Source of the DNA: Armatimonadota bacterium
GTDB lineage: Bacteria; Armatimonadota; UBA5829; DTLH01
NCBI GenBank assembly: GCA_038207085.1
Contig: JBBRAE010000013.1
Span: forward strand, 8,444 to 72,443
Direction: 5' to 3'
Length of the DNA: 64,000 nt
Shown: positions 19,609 through 28,811 of the stretch, in pieces
How the letters are laid out: every line of letters starts with the position of its first letter
How positions within the stretch are numbered: the stretch's first letter is position 1
The notes under the pieces: generated by a model
Database searches by the model: none
Told to the model about the DNA's origin: nothing
The model's input: only the letters and a program-made list of their open reading frames with translations
Made by a program: the position numbers and the translations under genes

Positions 19609-21729
19609 CTACCTCAAAATCAGGAAATACCAGCTAAGCAAAATGACACATATAACGGTGATCGCAGCATACTGCTGAACGATACCGGTCTGAGTAAACT
19701 TAAGGACGCGCCCACCGATTTTACTTGTCTCGGCGACGAGGTTCACGAGCCCGTCCACAACGTATTTGTCGAACACGGACCAGAACCTGGAGAGTATGAG
19801 AGTGAACCAGCCGACACCGTTTACGATGGCATAGTCGATGACCCAACGGTCGAAGGCATACATGGCGTTGTTTACGAACATCAGCGGCTTGATGACGACG
19901 ATGTCATTGATCTCGTCCATATAGTATTTGTTCTCGACGATGGTCTGGACCCAGCCAAACGACGGTTTCAGCCAGTCAAACTTGAGAACCGGCCAGATCC
20001 AAATAAGAGACGCAATGCCGATGCCCACGATTCCGGCGAGTGTGCCGAGGAGCATTACTACGAGCGAGAAATGGTGCTCCACCATGCCCTCGATACCGAT
20101 CACCTCAGGGTTGATATAGTGCCCGAAGATGCTGTGACCGGGGATCCCGATGTAGCCCGCCGCGATCGAGAGAAACGCGAGGATGAACAGCGGAATGAGC
20201 ATCACTTTCCAGCTCTCGTGAGCGTGAATGCTCGGGTCACGCGGCTTGCCGAGGAACGTCATTGCGACAAGTCTGGTCATATAGAACGCCGTCATAAACG
20301 CGCCTGCGAGTCCCGCGTAGAAGATGATCTTGCCATACTCCCAGTGATACGCCGTCAGAAGTATCTCGTCTTTGCTGAAGAAACCCGCGAAGCCGGGGAA
20401 TCCAGCAAGAGCGAGAGTTCCGATTGCGAACGTCAGGAACGTCCAGGGCATCTTCTTGCGAAGCCCACCCATCTGGCGCATATCCTGAGTGCCGGTGCCG
20501 TGAATGACGCTTCCCGAACCAAGGAACAGGTTTGCCTTGAAATAGGCGTGGGTCATCAGGTGGAACATCCCCGCCGTATATCCGCCGACGCCGAGTGCCA
20601 TCATCATATACCCGAGCTGGCTTATGGTGGAATAAGCGAGGACCTTCTTGATATCGTTCATGACGAGGCCCATGGTTGCTGCAAACAGCGCGGTAAACGC
20701 GCCGATTGCGGCGACTACCATAAGGGCCCGCTGGTCGATATGAAAGACGGGATACATTCGGGCAACGAGATACACACCGGCTGCGACCATCGTAGCCGCG
20801 TGAATGAGCGCGCTCACGGGCGTCGGGCCTTCCATTGCGTCAGGAAGCCAGACGTGCAGCGGGAACTGAGCAGATTTGCCCATCGCTCCCCAGAAGAGGA
20901 GCAACGCGGCAATCGCGGCAATCGAAAGCGACACTGAAAGGCTATGCATCAGTGCAAAGACTATAGCAAACACGGCAACGCCAGCGATGATCGCAATGGG
21001 AAGCCTCTTTGCGCCTTTAAGAGCCGCCGCTGCGAACCCGTAGGAGAATATTCCGAGTATGATCGCCGCGATTGCGCCAATTGCCGGAATCGAGACTTCT
21101 TTGGCGGCCATTGCGATGAGGGTATGGTGTTCAAAAATCTTTGAAAGCTCGAGGCTTCCGACGTTGGCGTACAGCAAGAGCAACCCAAGGAAGAACCCCA
21201 CGTCACCGACACGGGTAACGAGAAACGCCTTCTTTGCCGCGCGCATGGCTTCGGGCTTCTCGAACCAGAAACCGATCAGCAGATATGACGTGAGGCCGAC
21301 AAGCTCCCAGCTCACATACATCAGCAGCAGGGTGTTTGCGATCACGAGCGAGAGCATCGCGCAGGTAAAGAGCGAGAGATACGCGAAGAACCTCGGGAAG
21401 CGTTTGTCGCCGTGCATATAGCCGACGGAGAAAATCTGCACCATCATGCTGACGACTGTTACGACGAAGAGCATCATGATCGTGAGCGCGTCGACGCTGA
21501 ACCCCACCCGGATCATGTCGGAGCCGTAGGGAGCCCAGTTGCATATGAAATCGCCAGTCTTGCCGTGTCCCGCGAGCCAGGTTACTGCCGCGTAACACGA
21601 CACCAGAAACGACCCCGCGATAGCCGCGATGCCGACGTACGGCGACCTCTCCTTCAGGTTCTGCCCGAAGAAGATGATGACCAAAAACGCGGCAAGCGGT
21701 AGTATCGGTATTAGCCAAGCAAGATGCAT
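19609..21729 (-). CDS. nuoL: NADH-quinone oxidoreductase subunit L
   Basis: WELVG, RVGD, GKSAQFPLHVWLPDAMEGPTPVSALIHAATMV, HAYFKA. Confidence 0.97.
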   Translation of the reverse strand: MHLAWLIPILPLAAFLVIIFFGQNLKERSPYVGIAAIAGSFLVSCYAAVTWLAGHGKTGDFICNWAPYGSDMIRVGFSVDALTIMMLFVVTVVSMMVQIFSVGYMHGDKRFPRFFAYLSLFTCAMLSLVIANTLLLMYVSWELVGLTSYLLIGFWFEKPEAMRAAKKAFLVTRVGDVGFFLGLLLLYANVGSLELSKIFEHHTLIAMAAKEVSIPAIGAIAAIILGIFSYGFAAAALKGAKRLPIAIIAGVAVFAIVFALMHSLSVSLSIAAIAALLLFWGAMGKSAQFPLHVWLPDAMEGPTPVSALIHAATMVAAGVYLVARMYPVFHIDQRALMVVAAIGAFTALFAATMGLVMNDIKKVLAYSTISQLGYMMMALGVGGYTAGMFHLMTHAYFKANLFLGSGSVIHGTGTQDMRQMGGLRKKMPWTFLTFAIGTLALAGFPGFAGFFSKDEILLTAYHWEYGKIIFYAGLAGAFMTAFYMTRLVAMTFLGKPRDPSIHAHESWKVMLIPLFILAFLSIAAGYIGIPGHSIFGHYINPEVIGIEGMVEHHFSLVVMLLGTLAGIVGIGIASLIWIWPVLKFDWLKPSFGWVQTIVENKYYMDEINDIVVIKPLMFVNNAMYAFDRWVIDYAIVNGVGWFTLILSRFWSVFDKYVVDGLVNLVAETSKIGGRVLKFTQTGIVQQYAAITVICVILLSWYFLILR

Positions 21730-21772
21730 ATTCTGTCCTTATAGCGACAACGGCGTAAGAGCTGAAACTCCA

Positions 21773-22081
21773 TCACCACTTCATCAGGTTTACATCGTCG
21801 GCGTTGATGTGCCGGACTGCGCGATAGACGTTGATGACGATAGCGATCCCCACAGCAGCTTCAGCCGCGGCAAGGGTGATGACAAAGAGCGCGAAAATCT
21901 GCCCCGTAAGCGCAGGGCCCCTGAGATACGATGAGAAAGCGACGAGATTGATATTCGCCGCGTTCAGCATAAGCTCGATCGACATCAGAAGCGCGATGGC
22001 GTTGCGGCGGGTCATCATCCCAAAGAGCCCAAGCGAGAAAAGCGCCGCCGAAACAGTGATATACCAGCTAAGCGGGACCAT
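21773..22081 (-). CDS. nuoK: NADH-quinone oxidoreductase subunit K
   Basis: RRNAIALLMSIELMLNA, AAAEAAVG. Confidence 0.97.
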   Translation of the reverse strand: MVPLSWYITVSAALFSLGLFGMMTRRNAIALLMSIELMLNAANINLVAFSSYLRGPALTGQIFALFVITLAAAEAAVGIAIVINVYRAVRHINADDVNLMKW

Positions 22082-22641
22082 TATTCGTTCTCCTCCTTGG
22101 CTATGACGATCGCACCAACGAGCGCCGCGAGCAATATCAAAGATGCAAGCTCAAACGGCAGCACATAGGGCCGAAGAAGCATCTCGGCTATCTTCGGGGT
22201 AGTACCTTCGGATGCCCTTGCCTGCTCGTTTTCGGCATAGAAATCTTTGGGCACTGCAGGCGCGCTTGCGATGCTGACGGCGGTTCCTGAAGTCGGGTGT
22301 TTGAACGGAGTCACAAAGCTTGTGGTAAAGAGCAAAAACGCCAATACGGCAACCGGGGCTCCGATCCACCACGCGCGCGAGCTCTGTTTGATCTTTGCGC
22401 CCATAAGCTGCTGCGTCAGGACAATCGCGAACATAATGAGCACAGTGATAGCGCCCACGTAGATCAACACCTGCATCGCAGCGAGGAACTCAGCGTTGAG
22501 CAAAATATATAGCGCCGCAACACCGAGAAAACTGAACGCCAGGAACAGCGCTGAGCGCAGAATATTCGGGATTATTACAACACACGCCGCGGCTATGATC
22601 GTCACAGCGGCGATAACGATAAATGCAATCTGGTTTCCCAT
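22081..22641 (-). CDS. nuoJ: NADH-quinone oxidoreductase subunit J
   Basis: AEFLAAMQVLIYVGAITVL, YVLPFELAS. Confidence 0.96.
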   Translation of the reverse strand: MGNQIAFIVIAAVTIIAAACVVIIPNILRSALFLAFSFLGVAALYILLNAEFLAAMQVLIYVGAITVLIMFAIVLTQQLMGAKIKQSSRAWWIGAPVAVLAFLLFTTSFVTPFKHPTSGTAVSIASAPAVPKDFYAENEQARASEGTTPKIAEMLLRPYVLPFELASLILLAALVGAIVIAKEENE

Positions 22642-22644
22642 ATC

Positions 22645-23169
22645 TTAAGCGACGCCTCCTGATTCGGGTTTCTGCTCGTCAGTCGCCTCGTCCTCGGGTT
22701 TCTCTTCGGCGGGCTCTTCAGGCCATCGTCCACCGGCTTTGTTGAGGTCGTCGAGGTCCATCACCATCTGATCGCGAGTTGTGCTCGAAAGCTCGTAGAC
22801 ATCGCTCATGACCAGCGCATCTGTCGGGCAGGCCTCGGCGCAGAGACCGCAGAACATGCACCGTGACATATCGATTGTAAACTCAGTAAGCTTGCGTTTC
22901 TTATCCTCGCCGACCTCGAACTCAAGCTTTATGATCTGCTCGGGGCATACCCGAGCGCACGCGCCGCAGGATATGCACCGGGTCTTCTCGGTTTTGGGGT
23001 CGATCGGAAGCGCTGGCATCCCACGGTAGCCTTTGGGGAGGTCCCAACGCTCCTCAGGGTATTGCAGGGTCACTTTCTTGCGCCAAAAGTTGTTGAATGT
23101 GACGCCAAGGCCTTTTGCAAGGCTCGTGACTGTGCGCAGGATCTCGCGGGGCAGGCTTCTTCTTTTCAT
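22645..23169 (-). CDS. nuoI: NADH-quinone oxidoreductase subunit I
   Basis: TLQYPEE; two 4Fe-4S motifs CISCGACARVCP and CMFCGLCAEACP. Confidence 0.96.
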   Translation of the reverse strand: MKRRSLPREILRTVTSLAKGLGVTFNNFWRKKVTLQYPEERWDLPKGYRGMPALPIDPKTEKTRCISCGACARVCPEQIIKLEFEVGEDKKRKLTEFTIDMSRCMFCGLCAEACPTDALVMSDVYELSSTTRDQMVMDLDDLNKAGGRWPEEPAEEKPEDEATDEQKPESGGVA

Positions 23170-23173
23170 AATC

Positions 23174-24235
23174 TTAACCTCCCGCCGCCACGATGCCGCC
23201 GGCAGCGAGTAGAAGAACTAGACCAATGGGGATCAGCACCTTCCACCCGAAGTTCATAAGCTGGTCGACGCGGACTCTGGGCCACGTTGCGCGGATCCAC
23301 ATCAGGGTCACCACGAGGCCGATAGATTTCGCGAGGAACCAGAAAAGTGATATCCCCATCCAGAGCAGGCTCGCGTGCTGACCGGGAGCTGGCATAAACT
23401 GCGCTCCAAGGAACGGCAGTGGCGGGTTCCATCCACCGAAAAATAGCGTAACGGCGATTGCGGAAATCGTAAACGATGCAGCAAACTCTTCGAGAAAGAA
23501 CAGCGCGAACTTCATACCGCTGTACTCTACGTTGAACCCGGCGACAAGCTCGGACTCAGCTTCCATAATGTCAAAAGGCGTGTGATTGATCTCAGCAAGC
23601 CCGGCGGCGAGATAGATAAACGCCGCAATGGCCGGGATGCCGTAGCCGGAGAGTATAAACCACTTTGGGATGAATCCCATATAGTATCCGGACTGTGCTT
23701 CGACGATTCCCTGCATTCTAAGCGTTCCGGCAAAGACCACGGGGATGCAGATCGCGAGGATCATCGGAACTTCGTAGGCCACAAGCTGAGCGGCTGCTCT
23801 GAACGCACCAAGGAGCGACCACTTGTTGTTGGATGCCCATCCCGCAATGATGACCCCTATCACGGCGATGCTCGTGATCGCACTCACGTAGATGATGCCG
23901 ATGTTGAGATCGCGGGCGATCAATCCATCACCAAACGGCATGACGACATAGACTAGATAAGCCGGGATAAAAACGATGGCCGGAGCAATGGTGAAAAGCC
24001 ATTTGTCCGCGCCTTCGGGGATAACATCTTCTTTTTGAAGCAGTTTCAAAGCGTCGGCGACAGTTTGAAGGAGACCCTGAGGGCCAACCCTGTTGGGCCC
24101 GATCCTTGCCTGGATGAAACCCATCACCTTCCGCAGCCCATAAATCATATAAAGGACTGAGAACAGGACAAAGCTGAGCACAACCACTGCGACAAGGAGC
24201 ATCTTACCTATTGCGAGGAGTAGTTCACTGTTCAT
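23174..24235 (-). CDS. nuoH: NADH-quinone oxidoreductase subunit H
   Basis: RIGPNRVGPQGLLQ, PFDIMEAESELVAGF.VEYSG, PRVRVDQLM; start at ATG 24235, downstream of the promoter. Confidence 0.96.
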   Translation of the reverse strand: MNSELLLAIGKMLLVAVVVLSFVLFSVLYMIYGLRKVMGFIQARIGPNRVGPQGLLQTVADALKLLQKEDVIPEGADKWLFTIAPAIVFIPAYLVYVVMPFGDGLIARDLNIGIIYVSAITSIAVIGVIIAGWASNNKWSLLGAFRAAAQLVAYEVPMILAICIPVVFAGTLRMQGIVEAQSGYYMGFIPKWFILSGYGIPAIAAFIYLAAGLAEINHTPFDIMEAESELVAGFNVEYSGMKFALFFLEEFAASFTISAIAVTLFFGGWNPPLPFLGAQFMPAPGQHASLLWMGISLFWFLAKSIGLVVTLMWIRATWPRVRVDQLMNFGWKVLIPIGLVLLLAAGGIVAAGG

Positions 24236-24341
24236 ACTTGTGATAGCACCGCCGACCTTTGGGGTTACGTGCGTAGTTTGTTCACGCACCCTGACGGCAC
24301 AAAGCTTATGAAGTCTTAAGCATCCCCTAGCCGCCATACCT

Positions 24342-24370
24342 ATTATATTTGCTGGGCTGAGGCGTGTCAA
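24342..24370 (-). promoter_or_regulatory. Consensus sigma70 promoter for nuoH-N
   Basis: Perfect TTGACA-N17-TATAAT on the minus strand. Confidence 0.85.
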
Positions 24371-24534
24371 GCAAAGACAGAGGCACGAAATGGGGGAGAG
24401 ACGGGTGTAAACAGGTAAACCTCTCAGTTGTACGGGAGGTCAAATGAAGGTATTTGTTACGTGTAACCTCCTAGGCGGCGGACCTCCTCAGGATTAGTTG
24501 TTACCGCGATTAATGGTCTGCCGCCTCCCAATAT

Positions 24535-24753
24535 CTAGCCCTCGATCAGCTCAATGGCCTCATCGATTTTCACATACACAGGAACCCCGTTTCGCTCCAC
24601 GTAGAGAAGCCCACCGTCCTCGGCGACATCAAGCAGCCTGTCAGTGCGAATCTCTTCTGTGCGACCGTCCGTAGTGGTCAATCGATATTTGAGAGCGAGT
24701 CGTTCGTTATTGTCGAGCCTCAGGGCGATTTTCTTCAGATCCATCTGCATCAC
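24535..24753 (-). CDS. Small hypothetical protein (beta-rich, ~70 aa)
   Basis: RBS-like ggttggag; protein-like composition; exact start uncertain (24753/24750/24744). Confidence 0.65.
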   Translation of the reverse strand: MMQMDLKKIALRLDNNERLALKYRLTTTDGRTEEIRTDRLLDVAEDGGLLYVERNGVPVYVKIDEAIELIEG

Positions 24754-24767
24754 TCCAACCGCATACT

Positions 24768-25018
24768 CCGGTGGCGCATAGCGCCAGCCTTTAAGAGACG
24801 GCGCGGATAGCGCCGTCGATACGGTGACAAAAATCTGATTATGTGTTAGGCGCGAACGCTTGATATTCCTTCAATTGAATATCCCGTCGACGGCGCTATC
24901 CGCGCCGTCTCTTAATGGTCTATTGCGGCGCGAGTGCCGCTGTCGACCCCGGTGGCGCAAGCGCCACTGTGACAGCAGCCAAAGGCTGCGGAAGGGCTGG
25001 CGCGGATAGCGCCACCGG
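24768..25018. repeat. Family-2 REP-like palindrome cluster (GGCGC-GGATA-GCGCC units)
   Basis: 24791-24819 is the exact reverse complement of 24887-24915; further units at 24768, ~24950 and ~24995. Confidence 0.88.
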
Positions 25019-25082
25019 CTATTGACATACCGAGGCGTAAACTGGAATACTACCGGAAGAGAAGTGTTGGAGGCAATAACGA

Positions 25083-26111
25083 ATGGCAAGACTCTTTGGT
25101 TGCGACTACACAAGAAATGAACTTCTTGCGCGGGTCGGGGATATCTCGCAGGTCGGCGGGATCAAGAAGGTGCGACTTTCTGACGGTATGGAAGATGGCG
25201 TCGAAGCTTACGATGTGCGCACCGGCACGGGTTTCACTTTTACTGTGCTTGCCGGACGCGGAATGGGGATCGGGGGCGCTGAGTTTCAGGGAAGGCCGCT
25301 TGCTTGGCGCTCGGCGACTGGGGACGTCGCTCCACAGTTCTATGAAGCCGAGGGCAAGGGGTTTCTCCGAGGATTTGGAGGAGGGCTTCTTGTTACCTGT
25401 GGCCTGACCAACGTGGGCTCGCGGGTCGAAGAAAATAGCGCGCTCTATCCGGTGCATGGACGGGTGCACAGCATCCCTGCGCGCGAGGTTTCCTATGGAG
25501 GAGAATGGGTCGGCGACGACTACGTTATGACGCTCGTGGGCAAGGTGAGAGAAGCCGCGGTATTCGGGGAAACTCTTGAGTTAACGAGAAAAATCACGGC
25601 GAGGCTTGGCGAGAGTGTTATCACAATTGAAGACACCGTCGAGAATCTCGGGCACGAACCCGCCGATCATATGATCCTTTATCACATAAACGCGGGTTTT
25701 CCGGTGCTCGATGCGGGAGCACGCCTGCTAGCCCGTTCCAAGACCGTTACTCCAAGAGACCCACAAGCGGCCGAAGGCTTGGATGACTATGCCGTCTTTG
25801 ACGCCCCGACGCCGGGGTATCGCGAGCAGGTCTTTTACCACGATCTTGAAAGTGATGATTCGGGTCTTGTCACCGTAGCGGCTGTAAAAGACAACTTTGG
25901 GTTCTATGTTACTTACAGCAAAGAGGAACTTCCTGTTTTCGTTCAGTGGAAACAATGCGGGATGGGCACCTATGTGATGGGGATGGAACCTGCGAACTGC
26001 CACGTGGAAGGCAGACAGCGGGAGCGGGAAATGGGGACGCTTCAGTCGCTTGAGCCAGGTGAGGCGCGCCACTATAGGCTTGAGATTGGCGTGATATCCT
26101 CCAAGGACTGA
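25083..26111 (+). CDS. Aldose 1-epimerase superfamily protein (DUF4432-like)
   Basis: GGLLVTCGL, PVHGRVH, MILYHINAGFP, YVMGMEP; RBS ggagg; TTGACA at 25022. Confidence 0.88.
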   Translation: MARLFGCDYTRNELLARVGDISQVGGIKKVRLSDGMEDGVEAYDVRTGTGFTFTVLAGRGMGIGGAEFQGRPLAWRSATGDVAPQFYEAEGKGFLRGFGGGLLVTCGLTNVGSRVEENSALYPVHGRVHSIPAREVSYGGEWVGDDYVMTLVGKVREAAVFGETLELTRKITARLGESVITIEDTVENLGHEPADHMILYHINAGFPVLDAGARLLARSKTVTPRDPQAAEGLDDYAVFDAPTPGYREQVFYHDLESDDSGLVTVAAVKDNFGFYVTYSKEELPVFVQWKQCGMGTYVMGMEPANCHVEGRQREREMGTLQSLEPGEARHYRLEIGVISSKD

Positions 26112-26158
26112 AGAATCGCGTCAAAGTCGCCGATAATTGAGGACGAGGTGGTGGAGAC

Positions 26159-26335
26159 GTGATTATGGCATTTTTTGCTGGATGGGTTATTGGTAGCCTT
26201 TCGGTATATAGTTATTTGGTGTTGACGGCGAAGCAGCCGCCGTATCCTGAGTGTATGGCGTGCGACAGCGCGTCTTGTGAAGGCTGCGAGGTGCTATCGT
26301 CAGACAACACCGAAGAGTTTCGCATGGCTGCGTAG
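26159..26335 (+). CDS. 58-aa membrane-anchored protein with CxxC-x4-CxxC (absent from the ORF track)
   Basis: Hand translation MIMAFFAGWVIGSLSVYSYLVLTAKQPPYPECMACDSASCEGCEVLSSDNTEEFRMAA; RBS gaggtg/ggag; tandem TAG stops. Confidence 0.7.
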   Translation: MIMAFFAGWVIGSLSVYSYLVLTAKQPPYPECMACDSASCEGCEVLSSDNTEEFRMAA

Positions 26336-26370
26336 TAGTTACTGCAAAGCAGATAGATCTGGAGAAATAC

Positions 26371-26402
26371 GAAAAGCCCGGGCAAATATGCACCGGGCTT
26401 TC
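26371..26402. terminator. Bidirectional intrinsic terminator
   Basis: gaaaagcccgg...ccgggcttttc between convergent genes. Confidence 0.75.
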
Positions 26403-26428
26403 AATCTTTACAGGCGTTATTGGTCGAC

Positions 26429-26662
26429 TTACTTGATGTAACCCACCATGGCACTAGTGACCATGAAAGCGATAGCAGACCACTTAGTGACCTCGGCTAG
26501 TCTTTCTTCACTCCCGGGCTTGCCTCGGAAAGCGGACTCAGCCTTACCTCCGATGGTGCCGGTCAGACCCTCACTCTTGGTAGACTGCGACATAACGATC
26601 GCAATGAGGCCGACGGCGGCTATGAGCTGAATTGCAGCAAACAGAATTTTTAGCGCATCCAT
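26429..26662 (-). CDS. secG: Preprotein translocase subunit SecG
   Basis: Two TM helices flanking QSTKSEGLTGTIGG; start at ATG 26662. Confidence 0.9.
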   Translation of the reverse strand: MDALKILFAAIQLIAAVGLIAIVMSQSTKSEGLTGTIGGKAESAFRGKPGSEERLAEVTKWSAIAFMVTSAMVGYIK

Positions 26663-26739
26663 TATATTAGAACCCTGTCTCCTTTGTATGCCGAACGGCA
26701 ACCCGCCAGTAGCGCACAGCGCCATCTCAGCGGTCACCA

Positions 26740-26793
26740 CCGGTGGCGCTATCCGCGCCACCCATTAAGAGACGGCGCGGATATCGCCGTCGA
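26740..26793. repeat. Family-2 REP-like doublet in the secG leader
   Basis: ccggtggcgctatccgcgccacccattaagagacggcgcggatatcgccgtcga, matching 24768-24819. Confidence 0.88.
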
Positions 26794-26819
26794 GCAGTTT
26801 ATTCCTTAAAACCTCAGAT

Positions 26820-26910
26820 ATATTAGCTGATTTTCACGTTCTCGTCAAGTGCTCGTTCAGGGCGCTCGTCTCCCGTCTGCTTGCCGCCGCCCCCTCTTCT
26901 CCGGTATAAT
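26820..26910. promoter_or_regulatory. Divergent sigma70 promoters for secG (-) and proA (+)
   Basis: Minus: TTGACG-N17-TAATAT (26820-26848); plus: TTGCCG-N18-TATAAT (26881-26910). Confidence 0.6.
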
Positions 26911-26944
26911 CATATGTAAGTTATGAGTAGGATCAGGTGACCCA

Positions 26945-28204
26945 ATGACTGAGACAATTTCCGAAGTAAGACAGAAGGCGATGCTGGCCAAGGCTGCGGC
27001 ACGGGCGCTTGCGTCGGTTTCGACGGGCGTGAAGAACGCGGCGCTTCTTGGGATGGCGCAGGCGTTTATCGACCGGCAGGACGAGATTATCGCAGCAAAC
27101 GCCGTCGACCTCGATCGCGCCAAAGAAAAGGGCATATCAGGCGCGCTGCTCGACCGGCTGACGCTGAACGACAAACGCATTGAAGGCATGGCCGATGGTC
27201 TTAGAATCGTCGCCGCCCTACCCGACCCCATCGGCGAGGTCATCAAAGGCTGGAAGCGACCGAATGGGCTCGATATCAGGCAGGTGCGTGTGCCGATCGG
27301 CGTTATTGGGATCATCTATGAAGCCAGGCCGAACGTCACTGCTGACGCCGCCGGGCTCTGCATCAAGGCAGGTAACGCCTGCGTGCTCCGAGGTGGCTCT
27401 GAGGCGATCAATGCCAACAAAGTGATCACGAAGATTATGGCCGAAGCCGCTCTGGCCGCTGGGATGCCGGACAACTGCATTCTTTTGATAGAATCGACCG
27501 ACAGAGAAGCCGCGCGCGAGCTTATGAGGATGAACGAGTTCGTCGACGCGCTTATCCCAAGAGGCGGGGCGGGGCTCATTCGAACCGTTGTGGAGACAGC
27601 GACCGTTCCCGTGATCGAAACAGGCTGCGGCAACTGCCATACGTTCGTCGAGGCGTCTGCAGACCTCAAGATGGCTGAAGATATCGCCTTCAACGCCAAG
27701 GTGCAACGCCCGGGCGTCTGCAACGCGATGGAGTCGCTTTTGGTCGATGAGAAGGTCGCCGACAAGTTTCTTCCGGTTATGTTGAAGAGATTCGAAGACG
27801 CCGGTGTCGAGATTCGGGGCTGCGAGAAGACTCGGGCCATCTGGCCGAACGCCACACCTGCGACCGACGAAGACTACTACACCGAGTACCTGGCGCTGAT
27901 TCTCGCTGTAAAGGTAGTATACGGAGTCGACGAGGCGATCGCGCATATCAACAAATATAATACGCGCCACTCCGAGACGATCGTGACTAGCAACTTCAGC
28001 ACGGCAAAGAAGTTCGAGGACGAGATCGACGCCGCTGCCGTCTATGTGAACGCTTCTACCAGGTTCACCGACGGCTTTGAGTTCGGTTTTGGCGCGGAGA
28101 TCGGGATTTCCAACCAGAAGCTGCACGCCCGTGGCCCGATGGGCCTGCAGGAGATCACTACTTACAAATATCTTATCGAAGGCAGTGGGCAGATCAGGCA
28201 GTAG
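26945..28204 (+). CDS. proA: Gamma-glutamyl phosphate reductase
   Basis: IIYEARPNVT, LRGGSEA, PGVCNAME, NASTRFTDG, KLHARGPMG. Confidence 0.98.
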   Translation: MTETISEVRQKAMLAKAAARALASVSTGVKNAALLGMAQAFIDRQDEIIAANAVDLDRAKEKGISGALLDRLTLNDKRIEGMADGLRIVAALPDPIGEVIKGWKRPNGLDIRQVRVPIGVIGIIYEARPNVTADAAGLCIKAGNACVLRGGSEAINANKVITKIMAEAALAAGMPDNCILLIESTDREAARELMRMNEFVDALIPRGGAGLIRTVVETATVPVIETGCGNCHTFVEASADLKMAEDIAFNAKVQRPGVCNAMESLLVDEKVADKFLPVMLKRFEDAGVEIRGCEKTRAIWPNATPATDEDYYTEYLALILAVKVVYGVDEAIAHINKYNTRHSETIVTSNFSTAKKFEDEIDAAAVYVNASTRFTDGFEFGFGAEIGISNQKLHARGPMGLQEITTYKYLIEGSGQIRQ

Positions 28205-28205
28205 T

Positions 28206-28811
28206 ATGACTGAGCGTATTGGCATCATCGGTGGGACGTTCGACCCGATTCACCTCGGGCATCTCTTCATCGCCGAGGAATCGCGGTATAGGTGCGGACT
28301 CGATCGGGTGATATTTGTCCCTGCAGGTGTGCCACCGCACAAGCCGGGTGAGCCAATCACCGCCGCCGAACGTAGATATAGTATGACCATGCTCGCGACT
28401 GAGGACAATCCCGCGTTTGAGGTCTCTCGAATAGAGATAGAGCGCCCGGAGACGTCGTACACCGTGAACACGCTTGAGGCGTTTCGAGAGGCTCAACCCG
28501 ACGACGAGCTTTTCTTCATTATGGGAGCCGATTCGGTCGCCGAACTTGTGACGTGGTATCGTCCTGAGAGGATTGTGGAACTCGCAACGGTGATAGCCGC
28601 CGCACGCCCTGGGACGGATATTGAACGCGCAAAGGAAGATCTGCCGAAGAGTCTACGCAACCGCGTGATCTTTTTGGAGTCACCGGGGCTGCATATATCC
28701 TCTACGGCGCTTCGTGCGCGAGCTTCGCTAGGTATGCCACTCAGGTATCTTCTGCACGATAGAGTGGAAAAGTACATAATAGAAAACGAATTATACAGGA
28801 ATGGAAGTTGA
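28206..28811 (+). CDS. nadD: Nicotinate-nucleotide adenylyltransferase
   Basis: GGTFDPIHLGH, SYTVNTL, FIMGADS, ISSTALR; ATG 28206. Confidence 0.96.
   Translation: MTERIGIIGGTFDPIHLGHLFIAEESRYRCGLDRVIFVPAGVPPHKPGEPITAAERRYSMTMLATEDNPAFEVSRIEIERPETSYTVNTLEAFREAQPDDELFFIMGADSVAELVTWYRPERIVELATVIAAARPGTDIERAKEDLPKSLRNRVIFLESPGLHISSTALRARASLGMPLRYLLHDRVEKYIIENELYRNGS

Noticed and set aside
26187..26393. 68-aa minus-strand ORF
   Set aside because: Starts inside the terminator; the plus-strand 58-aa ORF has an RBS and coherent motifs
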